Shown here one piece after another: positions 1 through 12,789 of a DNA stretch of 57,833 bases (position 1 is its first letter; the number at the start of each line of letters is the position of its first letter). Position numbers and translations under genes: made by a program. The stretch is from Parasitella parasitica NRRL 2501 (lineage: Eukaryota > Fungi > Mucoromycota): positions 30,172 through 88,004 of the forward strand of contig MU619370.1 in NCBI GenBank assembly GCA_025201805.1. Reading direction: 5' to 3'. Below the pieces are notes generated by a model. The model saw only the letters and a list, made by a program, of their open reading frames with translations. It was not told the origin of the DNA and searched no databases.

Positions 1-130
1 ACACAAATAAATTTTGACTTTGGCACTTAGATCATAAAGTACTAGAATATGATACAAGTTCTATAAAGGGTTGCTGTTTTCAGGGCTGCGCCCTTGAATT
101 GAACCAAGAAAAAACCCCTTTGAATCTATT

Positions 131-280
131 CGGTATAGTCCCACAGTTGTGTTCGTGTCCCGTATTCTCTTATGTGTCCCATTTTCAAGTTGATGTCCCA
201 CTTTCATATTAACGTCCCATTTTCATCTTGTTGTCCCATTTTCGTATTCGTGACCCATTTTTGTAATCGTGTCCCAACTC
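131..280. repeat. Array of 8 units with exact 19-bp periodicity around a GTCCCA core; probable DNA-transposon subterminal repeats
   Basis: Core G(T/A)CCC(A/G) begins at 138, 157, 176, 195, 214, 233, 252 and 271. An inverted copy (GTTGGGACA) lies at ~495-503. Confidence 0.75.
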
Positions 281-882
281 AATTTGAAAATGACCAAAAT
301 TTATTTTCATTGGCCCAACCTGGTTTCGTCAACTGTAATGAGACACAATCTGGTTCAGTCCTTCCACTGTGGCCCTCCTCTCTTCCAGGCATAAATGGTG
401 CTTTTTTTTTTTTCTTTCCGAACCTCTTTCATGAGAATCACAAAATCGCAAAACAATGCGTAATAAAATAACATACTTTCTTTAACAATTTTGGGTTGGG
501 ACATTTTTACTTGAATAGTTTAATAAGCAGTTTTTTTGTGATCCAGACCTGACAGTCAATTTGTAACCGTAAACTAACTCGCAACTTGATGACTTTTCGT
601 TAAGAGATAATTTTCTTTTTTTTTTAAGCGGAATAGGTACCTATCTTTTTAGGGGAAACGGTAGTTATTAGTAAAGGAGATGGCCAAATTAATCAAGGAA
701 AGATATTCTTTATTACAATAATCTCCAAGATAATGCATGATATTGTATGCTAACATAAAGAACACTGTTCTGATACTGCAAAATCTCTGTCAGCTTGTAT
801 GCAAATTAAAGGATTTATTAATGTTAGGATGATAAGGGTAAATTATAGTGCGTATGTATACTCTATACAAGGTTGTTGTTTG

Positions 883-1560
883 TTATGATCTTCTGCTGTT
901 TACAAGATTTTTGAGTCTGTCTGTGGCACTTGAATCCATGATTGACGACGATGATGTTGCAGTGGACGATGAAGACAAATCAGGACATGCATCAGGCAAT
1001 TTTTTGAACTTTTTCCTTTCAGAAGGCAAAAGCCCACCATGAAATTTTGCACTGGTATCCAAACATTTACATCGCCACAAAATCTGCTCTTTCGACCACA
1101 ACTCTTTCTTTACAGGCTTACCGTCTGGAGAGTCTTTCTCTGGTAATAGTATACTCTGCAAGGACTCCAAGTAATAAAACTCACTGGCGGCTTTTTCGTA
1201 ATCACGGTTTCTGCGCTTGTAACACTGCTCTAATTTTTTCCAATGCTCTTTGGTCCATCTATTTGGATTGCCTTCGTCATATTCGCTGGTAAATGTATCA
1301 GAACGAGACATGCTGCTTGTAATAGCAGATCGTGATGGTGATGCAAACGGAGACGAATCATTGGTATATTTGCGTTTCAAAGACGCAGTAGCAGTTGTAT
1401 TTCCAATCGCATTTGTAGTATTAGCCTCTCGGAGTCGAGAGGGTGACGCATAACTTGATGAGCGTCGCAAAGTTGAAAGTATATTGCTGCTGCGATGCGG
1501 TGATCTAACGCTAGAGGAGTTGAAGGATGATGATCGTGTTGGCGATTTTTGAACTTTCAT
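883..1560 (-). CDS. Hypothetical 225-aa protein, Ser/Arg-rich, with a small Trp-containing helical domain
   Basis: Intact single-exon ORF with ATG and a pyrimidine-rich upstream region on the minus strand. Ordered-looking segment WTKEHWKKLEQCY...WSKEQILWRCKCL. Confidence 0.7.
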   Translation of the reverse strand: MKVQKSPTRSSSFNSSSVRSPHRSSNILSTLRRSSSYASPSRLREANTTNAIGNTTATASLKRKYTNDSSPFASPSRSAITSSMSRSDTFTSEYDEGNPNRWTKEHWKKLEQCYKRRNRDYEKAASEFYYLESLQSILLPEKDSPDGKPVKKELWSKEQILWRCKCLDTSAKFHGGLLPSERKKFKKLPDACPDLSSSSTATSSSSIMDSSATDRLKNLVNSRRS

Positions 1561-1715
1561 GATGCGTCAAGTATGAAGACAAGAAGAAGAGAAAAGAAAG
1601 AGAAAAGGAAGAAGAGCGAAAATTAAGGCACAGTGTTTATCAATCGTGACGCCGTTACTCCATTCAGGATTCGGAAACTATCATTTTTATTACTTGGCAT
1701 CCATGTTAAAAAGCT

Positions 1716-3134
1716 CTAAGGTCTCGTATTTTCGTGAGGATCAACTTGCTGGTCATCATCAAATGGATTTCTTCTTTCCTGGGAATTATCAGTAGGTGGT
1801 GGCAAATGCTGAGCAGGGGAAAATTGTTGCAACCAATAATGAGACATTGGATGATTGGGCGTAAATCCAAATAGCTCGTGCTGATTGTTGCTATGACGAG
1901 AACTGCCAAAATTATGATGCTGGTGCTGTGTGAAATAAAGAGGAACCCACATTGAAGGCAAGGGCGCAGTATTATCCCTATGATACTGATCTACAGTTGA
2001 TGAACTGCTGCTGCTTCCTTCTTCCCTTAAGCCTCTGATTTGAGTTACAATGGCTTGTTCATATTTAGGAGGCGTTGGATATGGCGACAAATATGAAGGC
2101 AATGGTTCGTTATTGGATGAGGAAGCAGTAGAGGATCGTCCTGACTGCGTTGATGGCTGATTTGTGTATGGTTGCAAATGTGGATGTCGAATTGCTGCCA
2201 TGTCTGGAGGTATCGATGAAAACGACGGTGGGGCAGAGCTAGGTATTGACGAAATTGAGTTGGAAGTGTCTGATTGCTGCTGTTGTTGCTGTCGCTGTGA
2301 TCTGCCTCTTCTTTTACCCGTAACTACTGCTGTTGCTGCTGTAAGTAATAAACGCTCTTTGTTGAATGGCCACCATCCCCTCTTTATAAACAGCCGTGTT
2401 ATCCAACAAATGGCAACTAGCGATACTAGAGAACAAACCACAGTTAATGCAATAGCAGAGGGATTATGAAATTTGTCATGGTGGTAATGGTGCCTGGCGC
2501 CAGCCTCAGATGCATCGTTGCTATTTATTGTTTTATTATTTGAATCGACGGACGGTTGTGAACTGCCAGCGTTCCCGGTCGGTTGAGGTGGTACAGGTAC
2601 TGGTGGTGGTGAACCATTACTAGCGATCAGTGTACAGGTGTTGGGATTGCATGTCAAATTGTGCCACGCATAGGTGACAGAGGGGCCAGCACTTTTGCGA
2701 TACTGATAGCACTCTGTACTTGTTGCACAATAGTCTAAACAAGATGTACATGGCTTAGTGTACGTTTCTATTTCTCAAGAGCATTTTTTATATACCAAAA
2801 TGCCATACTCACTTCCATTATTATCATTTTCACTTGAGAGGCAGTAATCGTACCAATTGTATAAATTTGTTGTGCCAAATTGAGTGGCATTGCAGTTGCT
2901 GCTTGTATTTATACTGGTACCGATATTTTTACTGAGGATACAAAAGCTTTGAAGACACATTGCACAATATTTGCAAATTCCATTCTGATCGCAATGCTGG
3001 CCTGATATAAACGCACAATCGTCATCATCATCAGCATCAGCATCGGCATCGTAGCTATTGTCGGCTTGCTGCTGTTTTGTTGTTAGGATGGCATTTGATA
3101 AAATGAGTGTAATGAATGTGAGCTTGGTTGGCAT
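1716..3134 (-). CDS. Single-pass type I membrane protein: signal peptide, Cys-rich ectodomain, TM helix, cytoplasmic PY and NPFxD motifs
   Basis: Exons 3134-2813 and 2734-1716, joined by a GTGAGT...TAG intron (2735-2812) that restores frame (..NNGNYCATSTECY..). TM segment AIALTVVCSLVSLVAICWI; motifs LPSY, PPKY, NPFDD. Confidence 0.8.
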
Positions 3135-3645
3135 TTTTTTTTTTTTTTTTTTTTTTTTTTAGAGAAGAAAAAAAGGGAAAAGGGCTTATCATGCAAGATG
3201 AGGGAACTGCCGTCTTAAACTCATAGTATACAGTGATTTAGATAGATATGGCAAATATGATCTGCACACATAATGGCGCTGATTTATTTGTTTTAAAAAG
3301 CAGTTAGTTTCACAAGATAGAGGTCCAGATGACAATGTGATCAGTATTGATCTGTATGATTTGTTGAATTATAGACAGGAGACTATGTATGTATGTATAT
3401 AATACGACAATGATTAAAAAAAAAACTAGTTACAAGATTGTTATTAAAAAAAAAAAGAGAACAAAAAGAGGAGAGAGAGAAAAGAGGCAGAAACAGAGAT
3501 ATTCAGGGCAAATTAGTCTGTAGTAATGAAATAAGAAAGAAACAAGGAGAGAAGTGAGTGAGGGATGTATGCGATATATTAAGGAGATATATAGGAAAGG
3601 AGAAGGGAAAGGGGGAGGGAATAATCTTCTTTTTTTTTTGTTTTT

Positions 3646-5176
3646 TTAAAAGGTATACATCTTTTCCATGGCTTGACGCTGGAGTACACCGTGTTGAAAT
3701 CTATAAATGAAATTGTCAATAAAGTGACTCAAACCAACACAAAAGAAAAACAGCTCACTTTTTTAACGATTCGTTCTCTTGTAAAAGTCTCTCGACTTCA
3801 GATAAAAGCTCAGTTTGCATGCCCTTCAAATGCTGAAGTTGCTGAACAGCTATTAATTTTACATGTTAGGCAAATTTACAAGAGAGAAAAAGACAATATT
3901 GCTTACTGCGAGTCAATAAGGCAGCTTTGCTCATCTTCTTGTTATTACAACCAGGTAAGTGCTTTCTTAATTCATCAAAGCCATCCTTAATCTGAGCACG
4001 TCTTTTTTGCTCTGACTGAATATGGATTTGACGACGCATCTCAGCGTTAGATGCATTGCCATTGAAGCTGTAGAGGGTGCTCATGTTAGTATAGAGTCAA
4101 TATTACATTTATGGATACTAACTCTTCTGATTTATATTCATTGTCTTCTTCGTCAAAATCATCATCAGAGTCTTCTCTTGGTTCTTGAACAGTGTTTGTT
4201 TTTTTTCTTTTATTCTGATGCTTTGGTTCTTGCGGAGACGAAGCATCATCTTGTTGTTGGACATTGTTACTAATTCTTTTACGTTTATTACGCTTATTTT
4301 CCATCTTCTTTTCATAAGTCTCTTTTGAATACTCTAAAAACTCGGTATGGTAAAACTCCATTGGAACCGAGTTAGCACGAGTAATCATTTCTTTCACACG
4401 AGCAGTAGTAGGGTTATTGAATCTCCCATTACTGCTAGTAGTAGTAGAGTTTATGGCGTTGTTGTTATTAATAGCAGCGGCGATCGATTTATTGTTGCTA
4501 GAAGTAATTGTAGATGTTGAAGAAGAGGAGGACGGAATAAGCGGGTTGATTAGCTCAGTATCAATGGCGTGCGAGGTCAATATTTGGCCGTTATTAAATG
4601 AAATACTGCTGCTACTGATAGACGTTGATGGCAGTGGAGGAGAGGGTGTGGGTGGAGATGACGATGAGATTGATTCGGGGCTGTTTGGTTGTCTAATAGC
4701 AGTAACAGCAGCTACAGCAGCAGCGGCAGTTGTTGTAGGATCATTGAAATAGCCCAAACGAGACATTTGATGTTGAGGATACTCTGGAACAGAAGGGAAT
4801 CCAATAGGCATTGGTTGAAAAGCATAGGCTATTGTAAATTAAATGTCGTGAAGAAAAATTGTGATATTTAGTAATCTAGTTACAACATGCCATTTTCATC
4901 GATCAAGTATCAAGTAGAAGCAGATAGTAAAATCAAAAACTCCTTATTCCAACTCAACCAATAAAAGCAGCAAGCTTAAATGCAAAAATTACCTGGATAC
5001 GATGTATATTGATGATGTGAGTTGTCCTCAAATGATGTTACTGGAGATGTGGAAGAATTATTGTTATTCGAGCTGTTTTTTTGAACTAATCCAGGGTTAA
5101 TGTTGACCATCATACTTCCATCAGAATAATCATAGTGATTTGTTGCTGTCGAATTGGATAACATGATTTCGCTCAT
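3646..5176 (-). CDS. bHLH-leucine zipper transcription factor (multi-exon)
   Basis: RRQIHIQSEQKRRAQIKDGFDELRKHLP..KMSKAALL basic-HLH motif followed by a zipper (LQHLKGMQTELLSEVERLLQENESLKK). GT-AG introns at ~4829-4992, ~4068-4122 and two more 3' of these. Confidence 0.88.
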
Positions 5177-6878
5177 TGTATGCTGTGTTAAATAGAAAGG
5201 ATTGGTGTGGGATTGATTTAAAAATGAGAGTAGATTTGTCAAGAAAAGGAAGGGATTTAAAGAGTTTTTTGACGATAAAAAAACAAGTAAAAAATTGTTC
5301 GAAGTGAAAGGAAAATAAAGAAAAGAAAAAGCTAAAAATGTAGAAAATATTTTATATTTATAAAAACAGGGATCCAAATGTTACTCTTGCAAGAACTGTT
5401 TTTTTTTAATTACAAGTACAACAGTAGTGTAATCCGAAAAAGGCTGGTTTAAAGAGCCGAAGTAGTAGAAAGGAGTAAATAGACGCTCATCATAATGATT
5501 CTACTATTAAAGACATATTATTTTCGCTCTACATGGCATTGTCAAGCTTTATACAAACAGTAACAGTGCACTGCTTCTAAAACAATATTGTATTTGTTGT
5601 TATTCTTGAAGCATTGATAAAAAAAGCAAGAATTTCTGGCTCTAGATTTTCATGCACTATGTTTTTCATTATATTTGGATCTGTTTTTTTTTCGTGTCTT
5701 TTAAATATTGACACAATCTTACACGTTCCGCATCGAATACACATATAATGGTATGGTGTTATATCAAAAATATTATAAAAATATACAGCGATTGTTTTAT
5801 ATATGATGTGTATGAAACAAGAGGGTTTAGCAAAGCAATTTAATTGTTACACATCATTACTCCTTTTTTCATTCAGTTGCTAAATGATGAGATATCCCTG
5901 ATGTCTGTACATGTAAAGTTAGAATTCGCCATTTGATGCCTACTTCTTATTGACAGATGTAAGAATGAGTGAATTGACTCATCCTAACAGCATTGTTCAA
6001 TTAAGAGCGTGTAGTCATTTATATTGCGACACAAATTTGGAAACGTGGAAGATACAATGTACTACTCTACTGTAGTAGACAAATACATTGAAGTACAGAC
6101 ATTTTGTGTAAAAGAACTATATAAAAGCCAAGCGCCTATAAATAAACCTCATTTTTCATCGTTACAACAATTAACGCCAAACTATTTACTGATTTTTTTT
6201 GTTTTTTTTGTTACTATTTGTTTCTTTTGTGGCGACCATCTCACTACTGTTGTTGTGTAATATCGACTACGCTTACCGGCAAACGCAAGAAAAAGGGAGA
6301 AGCTAGGCAACTATAGTTCTCGTTTTGTCTCATGCATCGTCTTGCTCCTTTTTTTTTTTCTATCCTATTCGTTTTTTTTTTAATGATTTTCGGCACCAAA
6401 TCAGAAATTCAAACAGTTTCATCTTTGGGATTTTTTTAAGGAGTGATACGTCTAATTATTTAAATGTATAATACACGTGCTTGCAACAGATTTACGCAAG
6501 TCTTATAGTTCAAGGAGCCCATTTCTCACGTTAGTATTGTGGTATAATAGCTTGGAAATCCATGCGAGAAGTGATTTGCTTTGCAAGTTGGCCTTTTGAG
6601 CAAAACGGGCTCCGCTGATAAAAAAAAACCAGCATTTGAGTGTTTCATACAGCAACTCATGCTCAAGTCAAGAGATTTGGAGTATGTGTCTTTTGTGTAG
6701 TTAGTATATACAGGAAGGCTTGAAGTGACATCACAATACACTCATAGTGTTAGCATTGTCCATGGATAATACCGTTTTTTTCTTGTGTTGTCGAGTGATT
6801 TGCATTATATTTTATATTTCCCGACTGTTTAATCTCTAACCTTTTCTTTCTCTTCTTTCAATTACAATAACAAATCAG

Positions 6879-9800
6879 ATGGGGCTAAAGAAGATATTCT
6901 CGACAAAAGACAAAAAAGACAAAAAAGACAAAAAAGACAAAAAAGACAAGGATAGCACCAGTTTGAAATCTGAAAAGAGTGCTCGGCGTGAATCACCAAA
7001 TACGCTCTCAAGAGCTTTCAGCAATTGGAGTAATCAACAGAAAGAGAGAAGCAAGCTGAAGCACTTGAGCCTGGGGAGCAATCGTTCCATCAGCAGCCAT
7101 AACTTGTCGGCACACGATGCCAAGCGTCTTTCTGAGCCGGTTGTCCCATCCCCATCGCTGTCCCATCAGCTGCCATTGACAAGAGGAAACAAGGTTACTC
7201 AAAACTACGACCAGCAACAAAAGACCCGCCAAACGAAAACAAATCCGTTCGCCGTTACCTCTCCAATCACTCCCTCAGACTCAATGAGAGATGTCAACAA
7301 TGTAGTCAACGTCCTAAGAAATTCAATGTCTTCTGCAGCTTCTTTGTCCACCTTTGCTTCGGCCACTGATGAAGAGAAACACACTCAATACAATACGTCA
7401 CACGAAACATTGGATTCACCAACTCCTGCTGCTGCCAAACAAAAAGATGGCACAAACCCTTTCCTTCAGAGTCATGATCCCAAGTCGGCTGCTGCAGTGC
7501 CACAGAAAAGACAGAGCCAAGTTTCCTTCCCTCTACCAATGAAATTTGACAACGACTCCAACAAGTACGAGCTCTCAGAAGACGAGTATCACGCTATGGA
7601 GCACGGCAATACTGATGCACCAATAACCCCCCCTGAATCTGCTCAATTTGAAACACGTAGCCAAGGTAATTACAATTAAATGTATGTAAAGCGAGCCTAC
7701 ATTTTAACTGGGCGTTAGTTGATAATGAGTCACTCTATGCAGCGCTGCTTGCAATTCAACAACAATTGGATGCAGTGAATCCAAACAATGCAGTGGATAT
7801 TCAAAAACGCCTTGGTGGCGTAAATCAGCTATTGGCAAAAGCACTGGATAACAGTAATCAACTAGAAATACGTCTGAAGTCTGTCATTGACACCTCCAAG
7901 CAAACCATCATAGCCATCGACGAGGAAAATAACCTTCTCAAAACAGCGGATGAAACTACCAAAGCGGAACTTGTGCACATCAAACAGCAGCACCAAGAAA
8001 TAAAAGAGAAACATCAGGACCAATTGAGGATATACCAAGGATTAAAAGATCAGCATGACGGCGTCGTCCAGGAGAACAAAGAGTTACTACAGAAAACACA
8101 GCAATTGCATGCTCAATTAGATCAACATATCGCCACTCGTAAAAACATCTCCTTTTTACTAAATGACGGTAAATCAGCCGAGGGTGAGGGTAATGATCAG
8201 GAGGGGGAGGAGACTAATTTACACGGTCAATTGAAGAAGATAATTGCATTATCAGCCTCGAGCCAGCTGCTAAATAAACAACTTGATGGAAAATTGCAAG
8301 CTGCTACAACGCAGCATACGCAAGAAATACAAGTCTTGAAGCAGACCTTTGAAGCTGAAAAGCAGCAGCATTTGGAGTCTAGAAAGCAAGATTTGGCTGC
8401 GTTAGAAACTGCAAAGGATCAGCAATTGGAGGTGAAGCAGCAGGAACTAGTAGCTCTTCAGATAAAACTAGAGAATGAAAAGGCTCAGGAATTGGAATTT
8501 AAAAATCAAGAATTAGAAGCTTTACAGATCAAAATGGACACCGATGCCAAGACTTTGCAAAGTGTTCACCAAGCTGAGATATATGCCCTGGAACAGGAAC
8601 AAAAGGAAAAGATTGATAATCTGGTTACACATCTCAAAACAGAATCAGATCAACATGCAGCCGCATTAGGGAAAAATCATCAAACTGAAATGCTAGAATT
8701 ACAAGCCAAATTAGAGCTTAAGCAGCAACAAAGAGAAGAGAGCCTTCAAGAAGGGCATCAGCAGGAAATGCAAGAATTAAAGGCCAAAGCAGAGAACGAC
8801 ATCACAGCACTGGAACAGCAATATCAATTAAAAATGCAATCCCTGGAAGCCAAGTACACCTACTTGATCACGGAAACATCTAACAGCATTAAAGAAGAAC
8901 AAGAAAAATGGCAACTAAGAGAGTCAGAATTGCTAAATCGAATTGAATGCCTAGAGGAGTCCAGTAACAAGAACAAGCTGGAACTGGAGTCCTGCACTGT
9001 GCACATGAACGAATTGGAAGAGGAAAACAGTCGGTTCCTGAGCCAAATTGATATCTTAAATAGCAATACTTCGGACCATGTTCAAAAGGTAGCCCATGAA
9101 AATGTTGGTTTCAAACAAGAATTGGAAAGGATGCAGAAAGAGCACCAGGATATAGAAATGCAACATGCAATGATGACAAAGGCCCTGGAATCTACAAAAG
9201 AGGAAAATCTCGGGTTACAATCAACTGTGAACGAGACACAACAACAACTTTTAGAACTCCAGTCTTCGAAAGAAGCTTCTGAAAAGGTGCTAAAAGAACG
9301 CATTCATATGATAAATGAGCAATCTACTCAATCGCTTGTTGAAGCGCAACAACAAAAAGAGAAAAAAGCTCTAGAATGCCAGCAGTTGAAAGATCAACTG
9401 GCCGAAATGGAACAAGTGTCAAGAGAAGCAGCGAAATCAGTAATAAATGAAAATGAACGGCTTGAGAATTGCCTTCATCAGATGGAGGCAAGCTCTCAAT
9501 TAGCGATTCATGAAAACTTAGCGCTGAACGAACAAGTTGAAATACTAAGTAAAAATACGGCTAGAAGGACAATTGTAGCAGAGAATCAGCAACTTAAGAA
9601 TGAACTCAAGATGATGAACAGTATTCGACAAGAGAATGTAAATTTGAGCGAGCTGGTTGAATGTTTGCAAGCAAAAGTGAAGGAACTGTCCATGGACGGG
9701 GGAAAAGCTATTTCGGGAGCCCATAGCAACAAAGACAATAGTAGCCAGCAAGAAGAATTGATGCTTATGCATACAAGAGCACAGCTTGGCTTGATTGAGT

Positions 9801-9949
9801 ATCTGGAAGGGGAAGATGATGTACTGTTAGCCATGTCTAAATTTAAAAAGCAATTAGAAGCCGAAATGAGAGGATTTGGGTCAACGATCAAAAAACAGGA
9901 TCTTGGCTTTATTTCTTCGGTGTCAAATTCCACCAAACACATGCGTTAA
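6879..9949 (+). CDS. Large coiled-coil protein (~1000 aa) with a disordered N-terminus carrying KDK repeats and two NPF motifs
   Basis: Two long ORFs joined in frame by intron 7666-7718 (GTAATT...TAG). Heptad-rich E/Q/K/L C-terminal ~700 aa. Confidence 0.85.
6902..6950 (+). repeat. 9-bp coding tandem repeat (GACAAAAAA)n encoding DKK repeats
   Basis: Directly visible; translates to KDKKDKKDKKDKKDKD. Confidence 0.9.
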
Positions 9950-10737
9950 AGTGAGATGATAATCACATGTAATTTAATATATAAATAACAATAAAAGGGT
10001 GCAACCCATAATTAAAACAAGGGGTTTATTCTGTCGATTATGTGCATGCAAGTATTATCATATCATCATCAAATATTAGAACAGCCTAAATGTATTTATA
10101 TCGACAGAGGGAGTTTATGTATCTCTATATATATATCTATACATGTCGATGAACAATCAATATAATGCACACGTGTATGAAATCACTCAAAATCATGGTA
10201 GATCAGCTTTCATTGTAACATTATATGAATAGAAGCTTAATTTCATATTATTCCAAAAAGTTCTTAGTCTGAGATAAACATTTGTTTTCTTTTCTATGTC
10301 ATTTGAAGTGTCAATATGTGTATTTGAGACTTCAACAAATTGACTATACATAGGCTTTATGCGAGTTTATTTTATGCTCAGGCTTTTTTCGCAACTATCG
10401 TGGCATGTAAACTTGACCTGACTTCATGTGTTCATGTCAAAATATCTGTAGTATCACAGCGGAATCTGCAATGGGTTTCATTCGGAACGTCAAATCGGAT
10501 AAGGCAAAAATCGAGGGGGTTTTTTTTTTTTTCAAAGAAGAGAGATAAACGCTTCAAAACCCTGCCAAAAACAACAACGCAACACGATTAACAATGATGA
10601 AAACGATAAGCCGGATTTGCCTTGTTCGGTCAACCTATAATCATTTAAATACAACTTGATTTCTGTTACAATTTAATTTTTCCTTTCTGTTTTCTCTTCT
10701 CTTCAAATACATCCTTGGAAAAAAAAAAAAATACAAA

Positions 10738-10893
10738 ATGCACCCAATTACCCAAGTTTCTACTGCTACCGCCGCTTACTGGTGTAAGGTATGTGGATCA
10801 AAAGTCCATATGACAAGTAAGTTTCTAGTAAAAGGGTCAAGGGCATAATACTAATTTTGCACATTTCTGATAGTGCATTGTCCAGTTGCCTAA
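10738..10893 (+). CDS. 32-aa spliced microprotein consisting of one CCHC zinc knuckle (MHPITQVSTATAAYWCKVCGSKVHMTMHCPVA)
   Basis: CAAAATG start after a pyrimidine tract. Exon 10738-10816, intron 10817-10873 (GTAAGT...CTAAT...TAG), exon 10874-10893. Splicing completes C-X2-C-X4-H-X4-C. Confidence 0.72.
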
Positions 10894-12789
10894 GATGTAG
10901 ACGAAAATCTACAATGTATAACCTCTTTTTTTATCGCCATCGATTCAACAATATACAAGAATTATGCATTCTCATTTTTATAAAACTAAGCTCTCCCAAC
11001 AAGATATCAATAACAACAACAACAACAACAACAAAAACAGGCACTCTTTCTCTTCTCATTTACTGTGCATTTCATCTCTTCGATGATCACAATACCTATG
11101 CTTCTTCATTCACCTCTGAAACAACAAAGTCTGCATTTATATACATATATAGTTTTTTTTTTTTTCATTTCCATGCCAATCTTATCTTTTTTTTTCTTAT
11201 AAATATTACAATAAAAAACATGCTGCTATGCCTTATGTACATACTAGTCGAACATGTATAAAAGAAAATTTTCGTTGCTTTATTTATTGTTGTTTTTTAC
11301 TTTACATTGAGGTGTGTCTTTGTTATCAGCTTTATTTATAGTTGTACAATAATTCAAATACATTGATATTGAAACTTTTGTAACATGAAATTGCAGTTGT
11401 TTATCAGTCGAAATATAGAAAATGAAAGTGAAAAATAAGGTCGTTTACTTTTCTCATGTTCGAATAGGGTTTTTATTATTGTGTCAAACTTGTACTCCCA
11501 TGTCACTTGTCACCCTTCATCCTTTATGTATATGGAAATAATGTAATGAGATAGGAGTAGGCTCCCCGTCCCCTTCACCCTTTATGTAATTTGAAACAAT
11601 AAAGGATCATGTAAAGAGGGAAAGAGATTACGGACTTCACGTGCTTTTCATTCTTCAGATAAATTGATAGATTGCGACATGCCGTAGTTCTATAAATTTG
11701 TCAAATATAAGAAATAGTTCTTTGTTAATTATTGGTCTGTTAGAAATCGAAATAGTTACCATTCTAAGGTTGATATTAAATATCATCAAGAAGAATGGAA
11801 CTTTCAATTCATTATGGTACCTTATACAAAGCGTTGATATAAATCGAGGTTCAAGTATATTTACAATGTTGAGCAAGATCCATGACTTATTATAAAATAT
11901 TACAAATAGGCGGGTTTCGTCTATAAATTTCGTAGAGTTAGTGTTCCATTAGGTAAAAACTTTATTAAACTGTCCCTCGATTGTTCTCACAATACAATCC
12001 GAATCGGTTGCACTAGAGCAAATAAAAAAAAGATCTGATAACACGCCAAGGTTGACATTTCATAGTATGCTGCACGATCCAGTAACATTATATTTCATCA
12101 GTGTAAAAAAAAAGCAGCTTAATGTCAGAAATACTCATACATACCGCTTGAAATTTTGAATTGAGTATTATCTAAACAGCAACTTGGTACAATAGACTGA
12201 AATTACCATTGTATAGAAATTCATTTTTCTTATCAGATCATGCAAGATAACAAAAAAAAAAAAAATCGATTTAATACCTTATATAGACTTGTGAATGTTT
12301 CTAACCTTCCAAACCCGACCATTTTTAGTACAGTTCAATTACGATTACCTAGACAATTGAAGTAAATTATTAAAGGGGTATCTACTCCATTACAGTATAA
12401 GCAGGAAACAGAGATTACTTTCAAAATAATGGATGCCGACTCATTCACAAGTTTCTTGTTTCGATCTCTATAATAATGAACCGTTGAGAATAGTGATAAT
12501 TACAATTCCAGAGTTCAGGTAGGATCAGTCAATGACTCGATTTCACCATGATTTGGTCCTGAATTGAAACAGACATCCATCAATCTACACGTTGAAAAAT
12601 AAGAGTATTACTTAGATACTTTATGTAATATAGCTAAAATTTGATATGCGTTATGTAACTGATGTTGATTTTTGGAAAGCAATCGTTTATTTTCACATAT
12701 TTAAATGAAGTAGTGTACAAAAAAAGGGGGGGGGGGTTCTACGCAAATGAAAAAGGAATATTGTGGCTAATTAACATATGAACTACAAA

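Noticed and set aside
131-280. CRISPR-like repeat-spacer appearance
   Set aside because: The core is only 6 bp, spacers are 13 bp and related to each other, the context is eukaryotic and there are no cas genes.
11510-11990. Imperfect ~30-bp direct repeat and an interrupted coding-like frame
   Set aside because: Multiple stops and no identifiable family.
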